NCBI GenBank assembly: GCA_963693365.1
Contig: CAVNZM010000004.1
Location: 11,746,468-11,810,467, forward strand
DNA length: 64,000 nt
Direction: 5' to 3'
Source: Amoebidium appalachense
Taxonomy: Eukaryota > Protista > Ichthyosporea
Of this stretch, positions 63,046 to 64,000 are shown one piece after another. Positions within the stretch are counted from its first letter, which is position 1. The number at the start of each line of letters is the position of its first letter. The position numbers were made by a program, and so were the translations under genes. The notes under the pieces were generated by a model. The model worked only from the letters and a program-made list of their open reading frames with translations, had not been told where the DNA came from and ran no database searches.

Positions 63046-64000
63046 ACAGGTGTACATAGGGGTACAAGTGGGTGTTGTCACATGTGTGAGTACGTGTGTG
63101 CTTTTGTTTTGTGTATGGATGCCTGTGTCTGTATGTGTGGGTTTGTGTGTGTAGGTGTGGGTGTGGGTGTGTGTGGGTGTGGGTGCCTGAAGGGGGGGAG
63201 AGAGGGGGGGGGGGGGGGGGAGGGGGGGGGGGGGGGGGGGGGGGGGGAGGAGGAGGGGGGGGGAAGGGGGAGGAGAATGTGGAAAATAGTCAGTACAAAG
63301 AACGAAGCGCACACAATGATCTATGTTTCTTATTACTGCAAGTCAGAGGAGGGTATGGAGGGTGGTTCGTTTCACGTCTATACCACACGGATATTTCTGA
63401 ATGTTTAAATTACAACAACAAGTTAAAAGCTATTTATAATCAGGTCATAGGGTGGACTTGTGCCGCTTCTCTCTATAACTACTGCAGGGATTGAGTCCTC
63501 GGTATCGCAGCTTAGCAGCTTACTTTAGCAATTAGAGAATACACAAGCATGGGATTGTAAAACATACCGATTGGGATGCGAGATTGAGCTCGTCCAGTAG
63601 AATCCAGTCCCCATTCTTTAATGCCTGCAGGAAGGCACCGTCCCTCCATGCAAACTCACCACTCTGCCCTCCCTGTGTGTACGACGGTTGTCTGTATTAG
63701 TGTCTTGACATAACATTTGGCTATCTGTGTTGTGGTGTTTATGTAAAAGGTTGAAATATTGCTTGTGCGAGTAGGAATTCACATGCAGTAAGTGAACATG
63801 CACACACGGATGCATGCAGATACAGAAGATAAAACCAAATCAACACCCCATACATCCACACACACACACACGCACACGCACACGCACACGCACACGCACA
63901 CGCACACGCACACGCACACGCACACAGAGGGTGTGTATGAATGTACGTAGGTGCGTGGCATGAGAAGGGTTACGGGGGGAAAGGGGCAACGGGTTAGAAT

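Overview
Eukaryotic, intron-dense genomic DNA. An opisthokont protist such as an ichthyosporean is a guess from gene content and style; the sequence does not show it. About 47.5 kb (15345-62865, minus strand, 5' end beyond the window) is one apparently intact midasin (MDN1/Rea1) gene with roughly 75-80 short exons covering AAA5/AAA6, linker, D/E-rich region and MIDAS domain. One intron carries a sense-strand tRNA-Phe(GAA). The left end holds a 5-exon TLDc-domain (OXR1-like) gene (393-4306, minus), a 5'-truncated LINE with TSD (6767-8054), a tRNA-headed SINE with a 15-bp TSD (9930-10516) that probably sits inside an older relative, and an intronless 7TM-like gene (12753-13868, plus). Nearly all listed six-frame ORFs are translations of intronic microsatellites. 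Two features stand out. (1) A repeated intron 'grammar': poly(C) just after weak donors, (CA)n running straight into the acceptor AG in place of a U-rich tract, and complementary GT/AC or G/C tracts at the two ends of some introns. (2) A ~220-nt structured RNA domain, with helices preserved across divergence, shared by two retroposed elements.
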